DNA of 63,972 nt, the filler included, from Octopus bimaculoides (taxonomy: Eukaryota), in the NCBI RefSeq assembly GCF_001194135.2. It is 7 parts of 7 records of this genome, joined end to end, with 100 filler letters (N's around TTAATTAATTAA, not from the genome) between each part and the next. Parts side by side here need not be neighbours in the genome. Positions count along the whole stretch, not along the records: positions 1 to 18,847 come from NC_069009.1; positions 18,948 to 26,470 come from NC_068985.1; 5 more parts are not named here. One strand, 5' to 3'. The notes under the pieces were generated by a model that was not told the origin of the DNA, ran no database searches, and saw only the letters and a program-made list of their open reading frames with translations. Below, piece by piece: positions 11,717-21,669 of this stretch. Every line of letters begins with the position of its first letter. Position 1 is the stretch's first letter. The position numbers were made by a program, and so were the translations under genes.

Positions 11717-12709
11717 ATGAGACTGAACCTGGAACCACATGGTTGGGAAGCAAACATCTAACCACACATCCACATCCATTCAGTTGTTTTAAAATGTTAC
11801 ACCTTAATATATTATTCTCACTTCAAGAAGTAATAATACAAAATATTATGAAATATTTGAGTTAGGTATTATTCCAAGCATTATTAAAATTGTTGAATAT
11901 CCCATGCTCTTCCGTAATACTTAACCCTGTAGCGTTTAAACTGGCCACATCTGGCCCCAAATTTTCTGGACAGAAGAAAAGCTTAAAGTTTAAACAAGAA
12001 ATTCCTTTTTTCTGTTTAAATCACAAAATTGACTGAGAGGCAATAACAGAATATGACAGGATGTCCATAAGAGACTTTATCTTGGATAAAAATTGCAGTA
12101 ACTTATGTATCAATGATGTATATACCTTAATTATGATACATAGATGGCTGTGTATATATATATATATATATATATAAATATAGGGCTCAAACATATAAAA
12201 GATTATATATATATATATATATATATATTAGTTTATGTATATATTGATATTATCTCAGTTATTAAAACTTTCGATAATTTAAATACGTTAATAGTTACCA
12301 GAGGTAGCAAAATTACACTAAAAAACAAGATATCCCAGCCGTTTTACAGGTTGATATACCGAGTTAAAGTGATACATTTTGAGAAGATATGGATAATAAT
12401 AATAAATGGAGCAAAACGCATGTCAATGAAAGATCCTCTAATTCCTACATATATGTTTCGAAATAAATGATAGTTCTATCACAAAGAAGAAAGAGCTGTT
12501 GGGGTTCCTCATTTATTTCTCTTCAGGGAGTTCATAATAAAACATGTAATAGCAAGACAAAAACGAAATAATGGGGTAACTTACGAGCTGAGATGTTACA
12601 TGGTCAGTGACTGTTAGAAGGTTTGTTTACATTGAGATATAAAGGGGTCAATGATATTATTCCATGGGCTTTAGGAATAAGAACGCTAGTTTACATATAT
12701 ATATATAGA

Positions 12710-12882
12710 TCGCTGACCACACATTTTTTTTCTCTCCTTGTTTCTTTCTGTGTTCCTTTCTGTTGAAGAGCGTAGGCTTGAAACGTTAAAGACTTTCTCT
12801 ATTCCCAAGCATTATACTAATACATTCATTTGTTGTCTACACCACCTGTCTTCGTCTGTTGTTTTTTCGTGAATTTTCCCTA
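12710..12882 (+). mobile_element. Probable Penelope-like element terminal-repeat fragment with decayed minimal hammerhead motif
   Basis: CTTT-CTGTTGAA-GAGC-GTAG-GCTT-GAA-ACGT-T-AAAG at 12756-12791, inserted in (TA)n. A second copy of the downstream part is at 55560-55652. Family assignment is from memory, not a search. Confidence 0.5.
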
Positions 12883-13819
12883 TATATATATATGTATGTA
12901 TATATATCCGATTCAAACTGTTTTGAATAATACATGTAACTTTCAATAAATGTGTTGAGTGCTCTATCTTTCGTTTGTCCACTCACTCATACATATATCA
13001 TATATATATATGTGTATGTATGTATGTATATATATATATATGTGTGTATGTATATAAGTGTGTGTGTGTGTATATATATATATATGTGTATATTGGAATA
13101 AACGAATAAAAAAAAGGAAAAAACTGAATATAAGGATGTGCACAAGATGTGTATTAGCTTCATGCTACGTGAAAAGAGGGAGTTTGATGTTCCGTGCATA
13201 GCTCTTTGTTGGAAAGGAGAAAAGGATGGAAAAGAAGTCCCCAATGGGACGTGTAGTTACATTGCTACTCAAGAAAACCCGTCCACTACAACAGAAGTGT
13301 CAAGGCCATGCTTCCCACCAATGAAAAGGATTGGCCTGCAAGAGTCTTNNNNNNNNNNNNNNNNNNNNNNNNNNNNNNNNNNNNNNNNNNNNNNNNNNNN
13401 NNNNNNNNNNNNNNNNNNNNNNNNNNNNNNNNNNNNNNNNNNNNNNNNNNNNNNNNNNNNNNNNNNNNNNNNNNNNNNNNNNNNNNNNNNNNNNNNNNNN
13501 NNNNNNNNNNNNNNNNNNNNNNNNNNNNNNNNNNNNNNNNNNNNNNNNNNNNNNNNNNNNNNNNNNNNNNNNNNNNNNNNNNNNNNNNNNNNNNNNNNNN
13601 NNNNNNNNNNNNNNNNNNNNNNNNNNNNNNNNNNNNNNNNNNNNNNNNNNNNNNNNNNNNNNNNNNNNNNNNNNNNNNNNNNNNNNNNNNNNNNNNNNNN
13701 NNNNNNNNNNNNNNNNNNNNNNNNNNNNNNNNNNNNNNNNNNNNNNNNNNNNNNNNNNNNNNNNNNNNNNNNNNNNNNNNNNNNNNNNNNNNNNNNNNNN
13801 NNNNNNNNNNNNNNNNNNN

Positions 13820-14040
13820 AACTTTCTCTCACTCTTACTTCCTGTTTCTGTTGTGCCTGTAATTCAAAGGGTCATCCTTGTCACACTCTGTCACGCTGAA
13901 TATCCCCTGAGAACTACGTTAAGGGTACACGTGTCTGTGGAGTGCTCAGCCACTTGCACGTTAATTTCACGAGCAGGCTGTTCCATTGATCGTATCAACT
14001 GGAACGCTCGACGTCGTAAGCGACGGAGTGCCAACAACAA
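13820..14040 (+). mobile_element. SINE family D, 3' half, (CAA) tail
   Basis: Matches the 3' half of the full-length copy at 40364-40741. Confidence 0.9.
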
Positions 14041-14084
14041 CAGTAGTATGATGAAGATGATGACGATGACGACCGTCATCATCA

Positions 14085-14147
<63 letters not shown>

Positions 14148-14766
14148 GCGTCGTCGTCGTCATCACCATTGTCATCATCAAAATCTTGAAGCCACAAGAT
14201 AATGCATAATCAATTTAAAACAACGTGAATGAATAAGCATTACATTTGACAGAGTAATCAGAATGCTAAAGGATTAAATTATTATTAAATTTGCTTGCTA
14301 ATTTGAGTTACATGCTTTCCCAAGTGGTAATCAAATTGCTAGATATTTCATACTATTTCATGGTACATTATTTTTCCCAAGCGTTTATTGAACTATTGAT
14401 TATTTCCTGCTACTTTGTGTTATGTATTGTTCCATGTTATGTTAAGCTACTGAATATTTCATGCTTATTAGAGTTGCATAAGACCTCAGGTGCTACTCAA
14501 CCTATGAGAAGAGGAAGCAGTGCAGGTTTCTGTTGAGAATTTACATGGCTACACACACATCTAGTGCATATTTCATGCTATTTCCAATAACATATTGTTA
14601 AGCTCTCAAATATTACACTAGTTACACAATATTCCAAGCATTAATGATGTTGATGACTATTTTATATTTTGTGATACATAATGTTCTAAGCATTTCTTAA
14701 ACTATCAAATATCTCTTGCAAATTTGACTTATGTATCCTTCTATGCATTCAGATCTATATTTAATC

Positions 14767-14858
14767 GGTACGGAGCCGACATTAGACTTCAATGGAGACA
14801 TATAGAGAAACTCCATCAAAAACTAGCTCGTCTTTCAGACCATCTAACTTTCCTGCGT
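14767..14858 (+). mobile_element. Possible N-terminal coding remnant of a Penelope-like element
   Basis: Translates RYGADIRLQWRHIEKLHQKLARLSDHLTFLR, reminiscent of the N-terminal region of PLE ORFs. Short, so weak. Confidence 0.35.
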
Positions 14859-15215
14859 AGTGGTTAAGAACGTTGGCTACTAACACCAAAATTCCGAGTG
14901 CAATTCCAGGCAGTAAAAAAATTACAGTAAAAAATGCTTTCCCAAGCTACCACACACTGGGATTAAACCTGGAACCATGTGTTTGGGAAGTAAATTTCTT
15001 ACCGTGCACTCATATCTGCACCTGTAAAAGAGACTTGCATCAGACGAATATGAATTAGGAATTATTCAAAACATTAAAGTATTGAATATTTCTGCAATTT
15101 CGATTTACATATTGTTCCAAATATTTGTTAAACCATTGAATATTTTTGGTTAATTCTAGTTATGTTATATTCTGAGCATTGATAAACTTGCCAAATAGTT
15201 TTATGATTTGTAATG

Positions 15216-15517
15216 ATCAAAGCTACGAGATAAAGCATGATTAATTCCAAATAATTTGAATAAATAAGCATTACATTTGACAAGATAATCTGAATGTTAA
15301 AGGGTTAAATCAGTAACATCCAGCCCTATTATTCTACTTGTTTTTATGTTCAAACTAGCTAGGTCCAGCCTCTCACACCTCCCCTACAATGTCATTCTAT
15401 AAATAAACAATTACATCATCGAAATTATGAGGCAATGAGATAATGCATAATTAATTCAAAACAATGTGAATAAATAAATATTACATTTGATGGAGTAATT
15501 TGAATGCCAAGTGGTTG
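15216..15517. mobile_element. Fragments of a TTAA-flanked MITE family (another 3' part at 14180-14277; 5' end-like at 11921-11960)
   Basis: Shared end AATAAGCATTACATTTGAC...AATCTGAATG.TAAAGGGTTAA seen two to three times. Confidence 0.65.
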
Positions 15518-15842
15518 AGCTATTGAATATCAAATGCTAATTCGAGTTAGGTAATTTTCCTGCTGTCGTTAAACTATTGAAGCTTTCATATAAATACGAG
15601 TTATGAGATATTTGAAGCATTAATTTAATTATCTGATATTTAATGCTAAGTCAAGTCATGATAATTAAATTAATCTTTCTCATTTTCCAATCTGACTTTT
15701 GTTATGTAATTTTTAAGCACTAATGAACCATCGTATATAACATGCTAATTAGTATTATGTTATTTACCAAGCATCAATTAAACTATGTAATATTTCATGC
15801 TAATTTGAATTCTGTAATTTTTCAAAGCAATCGTTAAGCAGT

Positions 15843-16485
15843 TTAACCCTTTTGTTACTATATTTATTTTGAGATGCTCTGTGTTTCTTTCAATTAATCT
15901 TAAATATAACAAGCAATTGTGTAAAAAAAATTTAGTAGGAGTGGCTGTGTGGGAAGTAGCTTGATTACCAACCACATGGTCCCAGGTTCAGTCCCACTGC
16001 GTGGCATCTTGGGCAAATGTCTTCTACTATAGCCTCGGGCCGACCAAAGCCTTGTGAGTGGATTTGGTAGACGGAAACTGAAAGAAGCCCGTTGTATATA
16101 TGTGTATATATATATATATATTTATATATAGATATGTATGTGTGTGTATATGTTTGTGTGTCTGTGTTTGTCTCCCCAGCATCGCTTGACAACCGATGCT
16201 GGTGTGTTTATGTCCCCGTAACTTAGCAGTTCGGCAAAAAGAGACCGATAGAATAAGTACTAGGCTTCCAAAGAATAAGTCCTGGGGTCGATTTGCTCGA
16301 CTAAAGGCGGTGCTCCAGCATGGCCACAGTCAAAAGACTGAAACAAGCAAGTAAAAGAGTAGTGTTAGGAGCATAAATTGTGACTAAGGTTTGATGGAAG
16401 ATTTTAATTCAGAACATTTGAAAACAAGACATTTGTAGTACAGAGCCAGAGACGGTTTCAGCCAGATTGGTATCGAAAGGGTTAA
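15843..16485. mobile_element. TTAA-flanked (piggyBac-type) MITE split by a SINE A insertion
   Basis: Ends TTAA-CCCTTTTGTTAC ... GTATCGAAAGGG-TTAA are imperfect TIRs with TTAA at both ends. Confidence 0.7.
15936..16360 (+). mobile_element. SINE family A, near full length
   Basis: Head with A/B boxes, internal (TA)(TG) microsatellite, 3' module and GTAAAAGAGT tail. Confidence 0.92.
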
Positions 16486-16499
16486 TATTGGTTTTAATT

Positions 16500-16645
16500 A
16501 GTTAAAATTCTGCTGGGTCAACATTGCCTTTCATCCTCTCTGGAATCGATAAAATAAGTACCAGTTGAACACTGGGGGTCGATGTAGTTGACTTAGCCTC
16601 TCTCCCCAAAATTTCTGGCCTTGTGCCAAAATTTGAAACCAATAT
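16500..16645 (+). mobile_element. SINE family B, 5'-truncated
   Basis: TTGCCTTTCATCC...GATAAAATAAGTACCAGTTGAACACTGGGGGTCGATG...GCCTTGTGCCAAAATTTGAAACC. Confidence 0.85.
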
Positions 16646-16974
16646 TGGTTTCAACTTGCGACTGTGTAAGACCACTTTCTAAACTTAGTCCATGCAAATG
16701 TTCCAAGAGTCAAAGAATTCTTGTGTGTGAATTTGTTTTGAGTGGGTAAAGCATTGCACGGCACTAAACTCGCTTTTCAGTGCAATCAGTAACAATATCA
16801 GTGACACAACTGAGGCTGAGATGACCAGAAGATGACTGCACTTCTACCTTCTCCAAGAATGAAGTTCTAACAAGAACTAGGGGTACTTCACTCCTGTTGA
16901 TCCACACGCTATTTGAATCATCGCAGAGACCCTAACAGATGCTACAACTCTAGGCCATACATACATACCTACCT

Positions 16975-17039
16975 ACCTACATACCTATCTATCTATCTAT
17001 CTATCTTCCTCTATCTATCTATCTATCTATCTATCTTCC

Positions 17040-17071
<32 letters not shown>

Positions 17072-17125
17072 CCTCTATCTATCTATCTATCTATCTTCCT
17101 CTATCTATCTATCTATCTATCTTCC

Positions 17126-17157
<32 letters not shown>

Positions 17158-17432
17158 CCTCTATCTATCTATCTATCTATCTTCCTCTATCTATCTATCT
17201 NNNNNNNNNNNNNNNNNNNNNNNNNNNNNNNNNNNNNNNNNNNNNNNNNNNNNNNNNNNNNNNNNNNNNNNNNNNNNNNNNNNNNNNNNNNNNNNNNNNN
17301 NNNNNNNNNNNNNNNNNNNNNNNNNNNNNNNNNNNNNNNNNNNNNNNNNNNNNNNNNNNNNNNNNNNNNNNNNNNNCCTATCTATCTATCTATCTATCTT
17401 CCTCTATCTATCTATCTATCTATCTATCTTCC

Positions 17433-17464
<32 letters not shown>

Positions 17465-17492
17465 CCTCTATCTATCTATCTATCTATCTTCC

Positions 17493-17532
<40 letters not shown>

Positions 17533-17534
17533 CC

Positions 17535-17566
<32 letters not shown>

Positions 17567-17568
17567 CC

Positions 17569-17603
<35 letters not shown>

Positions 17604-17622
17604 CTATCTATCTATCTATCTA

Positions 17623-17675
<53 letters not shown>
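16975..17675. repeat. (TATC)n microsatellite with periodic TTCC interruptions
   Basis: Read directly; spans a gap. Confidence 0.95.
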
Positions 17676-18189
17676 GCATATATGTATACATGTGTGTGGA
17701 TGTAATATAGGTATATCTATATATGTATATGTATGTGCATATAAATCTCTTTTTGTTTATGGATTCATATGTGTATATGTATATATATTTGAGTATATAC
17801 ATACACATGCATACATACAAGCATACATACATACATACATACATATTTTCCTAAACATACACACAGATATCTGTATATAAGCACTGCACACTCACACAAA
17901 TATACATACTTTATACATCAATATAAAGTTGGCGTCATTCTATCAAAAGGCCAACCAGTCTGTTACTGTCGGTCTCTTGAGGGTATTTGACATTTCAGAT
18001 ATAGATGACAGGATTTGATGGTCGATAGAGATAATTGACACCTCGCACTTGCAATGTCTGGTTACCAGCACAACAGAACAACAACAACAACTGTAGCAAC
18101 AGCAGCTGTTACCATAACAACCATGGCAATGACTTGTTAGAAATAGCAGCCAAATCTCCCTCAGCACATAGCCTACTGTCTAAGGTATA

Positions 18190-18365
18190 CTCTTTTACTC
18201 TTTTACTCTTTTACTTGTTTCAGTCATTTGACTGCGGCCATGCTGGAGCACCGCCTTTAGTCGAGCAAATCAACCCCAGGACTTATTCTTTGGAAGCCTA
18301 GTACTTATTCTATCGATCTCTTTTTGCCGAACCACTAAGTTACGGGGACGTAAACACACCAGCAN
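18190..18365 (-). mobile_element. SINE family A, 3' module
   Basis: TACTCTTTTACTCTTTTACTTGTTTCAGTCATTTGACTGCGGCCATGCTGGAGCACCGCC... Confidence 0.9.
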
Positions 18366-18409
18366 NNNNNNNNNTGGGAAGCAAGCTACTTACCACACAC
18401 CCACGAAAA

Positions 18410-18847
18410 ATGAACCAACGAGGGAACCCGCTGTGATCTAGCTAGATCTGATAGAAATAGCTGCAAAATCTGCCTCAAATCTCACCCACCTCTCTTATGT
18501 ATGCATATATATATATATATATATTGTTATATTTCTGCTGCTATATATATATATGTATGTATATATGAACCAATGATGGTGACCTCTGTAGGGTAGCTAG
18601 ACATTATAAAAGTAGCAGTTAAATCTACTGTCTAATGTATGTGTAATATATGTGTATGAGTCAATAAGGGAGACTTACTAACTTATTTATGTATATATGT
18701 ATGTATGAGCCAATGAGGGAGACCTCTACATGGTAGCTAGACCTGTTAGAAATAGCAGCCAAATCTCCCTCAAATCATTGCTTACTAACTTATTTATGTA
18801 TATATGTATGTATGAGCCAATGTGGGAGACCTCTTCATGGTAGCTAT
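18410..18847 (+). repeat. Local tandem amplification (about 5 starts) of a short dispersed repeat (family F)
   Basis: GAGCCAATGAGGGAGACCTC...GGTAGCTAGACCTGTTAGAAATAGCAGCCAAATCTCCCTCAAATC at ~18413, 18567, 18658 (short), 18707 and 18815. Dispersed relatives near 18130, 51540, 53830, 56800 and 57000. Confidence 0.7.
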
Positions 18848-18947
18848 NNNNNNNNNNNNNNNNNNNNNNNNNNNNNNNNNNNNNNNNNNNNTTAATTAAT
18901 TAANNNNNNNNNNNNNNNNNNNNNNNNNNNNNNNNNNNNNNNNNNNN
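18848..18947. other. Artificial scaffold-join gap N44-TTAATTAATTAA-N44 (also 26471-26570, 34075-34174, 58048-58147, 60893-60992, 62753-62852)
   Basis: Six identical 100-bp gaps with a six-frame stop linker in the centre. Confidence 0.95.
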
Positions 18948-19149
18948 TATATATATATATATATATATATTTATTTATATATATAGTTATCGCCAAGCTA
19001 ACATGGCAGTCCAGAAGAATAGGACAAATGCTGCCATTGATTAGCTCCAAGAGGCCATCGCCTCTAGCTAGCTATGTGACACACGAACCTGCGTCCATTA
19101 TAACCTTCAAACAGAGGAGGTCAGCCACTTCCCCTTGCTGGTCTGGCAT

Positions 19150-19190
19150 CTACAGACTAGTTTCAGGGTATTTGCCCCTTATCAATGTAG
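19150..19190 (-). ncRNA. Type I hammerhead ribozyme motif, unit 1
   Basis: Minus strand 5'-CUACA UUGAUAA GGGG CAAAUA CCCU GAA ACUA GUC UGUAG-3': stem I CUACA/UGUAG, core U3-UGAU-A8-A, stem II 4 bp, GAAA, palindromic stem III ACUAGU, GUC cleavage triplet. Confidence 0.8.
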
Positions 19191-19510
19191 AGCACCCGAA
19201 CCAAACAGGCATCACTACTGACCGTCTGTTTGAAGGATTATTTACCTAAATTCAGTGGAATACATCCACTGGTTTTCAAAACTAGAAATATTAATATTTC
19301 TAAGTCTTTCTAAAGGAGTCTACGGTAGCGGTGCTGGATATTAATAGTTATCGCCAAGGTAACATGGCAGTCCAGAAAAATAGAACGAATGCTGTCATTG
19401 ATTAGCTCCAAGAGGCCATCGCCTCAAGCTAGTTATGCGACACATGAACCTGTGTCCATTATAACCTTCAAACAGGGGAGGTCAGCAGCTTCCCCTTGCT
19501 GGTTTGGCAT

Positions 19511-19550
19511 CTGCAGACTAGTTTCGGGGTATTGCCCTTTGTCAATGCAG
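19511..19550 (-). ncRNA. Type I hammerhead ribozyme motif, unit 2
   Basis: Minus strand 5'-CUGCA UUGACAA AGGG CAAUA CCCC GAA ACUA GUC UGCAG-3'. Stem I has a double compensatory change relative to unit 1. There is an A.C mismatch at the base of stem II. Confidence 0.75.
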
Positions 19551-19890
19551 AGCAGCCGAACCCAGCAGGCGTTGCTACTGACCGTCTGTACGAAGGTTAT
19601 TTATCTAATTTCAGTGGAATACATCCACTGGTTTTCAGAAATAGAGATATTAATATTTCTAAGTCTCTCTAAAGGAGACTACGGAAGCCGTACTGGATAT
19701 TAATAGTTATTGCCAAGCTAACATGGCAGTCCAGAAAAATAGGACGAATGCTGTCATTGATTAGCTCCAAGAGGCCATCGCCTCAAGCTAGTTGTGCGAC
19801 ACACGAACCTGTGTCCATTATAACCTTCAACAGGGGAGGTCCTAGGAGGTAATCAACAGCAGCATTTGTCCTATTTTTCTGTACTGCCAT

Positions 19891-20138
19891 TGCATTGTTG
19901 CTTTTATTGAACTCATAAAGCAAAATATGCTGAATACACTCCTTTGTCATTTCCATTATAACTTTGAAAAGACAACTGTTAAAATCAACTGCACTCTTCA
20001 AAACTTATACTAAGAATAAGTACAAGGTAAAACTACTACCCGCTTTTATAACAAGTAGATGCAGGTAGTTTATCCCATCTCCTTCCGACTTATAGTTCAT
20101 GCAATTATAAAAACTGCATTATTTATGGCATGACCCAA
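19891..20138 (-). mobile_element. mariner element 5' end: TIR, leader and first 22 codons of transposase
   Basis: Minus strand TA-TTGGGTCATGCCATAAATAATG... then ATG at 19956: MEMTKECIQHILLYEFNKSNNA, truncated at the junction with the hammerhead array. Confidence 0.8.
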
Positions 20139-20149
20139 TATATATGATG

Positions 20150-20570
20150 GGGTTCTTCCAATTTCCATCTACCAAATCCATTCACAAAGTTTTGTTCCAG
20201 CCCAGGACTATAGTAGAAGACCTTTAACTAAGGTGCTACACAGGGTAACAGAAACAAGAACCATGCAGTTGGGAAGCAAACTTCTCACCACAATGCCATG
20301 CTTGTACCCGTGTGTGTGTGTGGGTGTGTGTGTGTATTTATTTTAAATGTATGTATATGTATATGTGTGTTTGTCTTTGTGTTTTTCCCCATCACTAACC
20401 ATTTGACAGTGGCTGATTTGTTTACGGCTACATAACTTAGTGGTTCAGCAAAAGAGACTTAACAAAATAATAAGTGCTGGGGTTGGTTTGTTTCATTAAA
20501 ATTCTTTGAGACAGTGCCCCAGCATGGTCACAGTCCAATGACTGAAGCAAGTAATAGAAAACAAAAGATA
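20150..20570. mobile_element. Old family A modules in opposite orientation (head on -, 3' module on +)
   Basis: 20150-20310 is a reverse head; 20360-20570 is CCCCAGCATGGTCACAGTCCAATGACTGAAGCAAG. Confidence 0.7.
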
Positions 20571-20765
20571 TAAGCATTCTAAAAACATATGGAAAATTTC
20601 ACATAATAAGGATAATTTAATGTACTTTTATTTTCACATTAAATCTATTTTTTCCTTCATTTTTAAAGACATTGACATGTGGTGCCATGCGGTCTTACAT
20701 CTTTTTATACATTATAATGATAAGTAAATGATAAATTTATAATGAATTTAAAGATAAATGTTCTT

Positions 20766-20963
20766 TTCTTTTACTTGCATCAGTCTGCGGTCATGCTGGA
20801 GTAGCACCTTGAAGGGTTTTTAGTCAAATATATCAACCTCAGGATTTATTGTTTTTAAGCCTAGTACTTATTTTATCAGTTTCTTTTGCCAAACTGCTAA
20901 TTTCAGGGACATAAACACACCAACACCAGATGTCAAACATATAGATACATATGCACATACACA

Positions 20964-21035
<72 letters not shown>

Positions 21036-21322
21036 NNNNNNNNNNNNNNNNNNNNNNNNNNNNNNNNNNNNNNNNNNNNNNNNNNNNNNNNNNNNNNNNN
21101 NNNNNNNNNNNNNNNNNNNNNNNNNNNNNNNNNNNNNNNNNNNNNNNATATATATATATATATATAACAGGCTTCATTTAGTTTCTGTCTACTAAATCCA
21201 CTCACAAGACTTTAGTCAGTCTGAGGCTATAGTAGAAGACACTTGTACTTGGTGCCATACAGTGGGACTGAACCTGGAACCATGTGGGAAGCAAGCTTCT
21301 CACCACACAGCCATACCTGCAC
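20766..21322 (-). mobile_element. SINE family A (older variant), spans gap
   Basis: 3' module at 20766-20940 and head at 21165-21322. Confidence 0.8.
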
Positions 21323-21669
21323 TTAATTGTATATATTTTTTTTTGCAATGTTTCCATCATACTTTCTTAAACTTTATTAAGCCAATTAAAATGAAATTTT
21401 TTATATAAATCAAGAATAGATGTTCATCCTTGAGAATGTGTTGGGGTATAGCCTATAGTCAAAATGTGCGTATGTGCTTTAAAAAGGTTATGTTGCTTTT
21501 ATTTCTTACTCTAGTTTGATAAAGACTTCACTTGGAACACTAGTCTACTTCTTTTCTTTTTCCTTTTTTGGTATATAATTCACAGTGCACCACTTTTCAT
21601 ATTAATATTTTTCCTTGTGTTCACATTTTGTCTCCCACCTTTGAATTTTTATCAACCTGTTCTTACTTC

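Larger units (their letters stand above)
14290..15840. repeat. Highly degenerate ~54-bp tandem repeat interrupted by TEs
   Basis: Recurrent motif ~GAGTTATGTAATTTTCCAAGCATTATTAAACTATTGAATATTTCATGCTAATTT. Anchors at 14304, 14359, 14416, 14470 and at 15543, 15597, 15652. A related unit lies at 11845-11915. Confidence 0.65.
18984..19841 (-). repeat. ~360-bp tandem array (2.4 units) carrying hammerhead ribozymes; candidate retrozyme or PLE terminal repeat
   Basis: Units start at 18984, 19345 and 19704 (TAGTTAT.GCCAAG.TAACATGGCAGTCCAG). Unit 3 is truncated at 19841 and followed by an inverted piece of the unit (19842-19890). Confidence 0.9.

Noticed and set aside
13138-13348. 70-codon non-repetitive open frame (MHKMCISF...GLQES)
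   Set aside because: No recognisable domain and no good splice acceptor, and it runs into a gap; unsupported without a search.
18892-18903. Recurrent TTAATTAATTAA motif
   Set aside because: It is always centred in a 100-bp N-gap, so it is an artificial six-frame stop linker and not biological.
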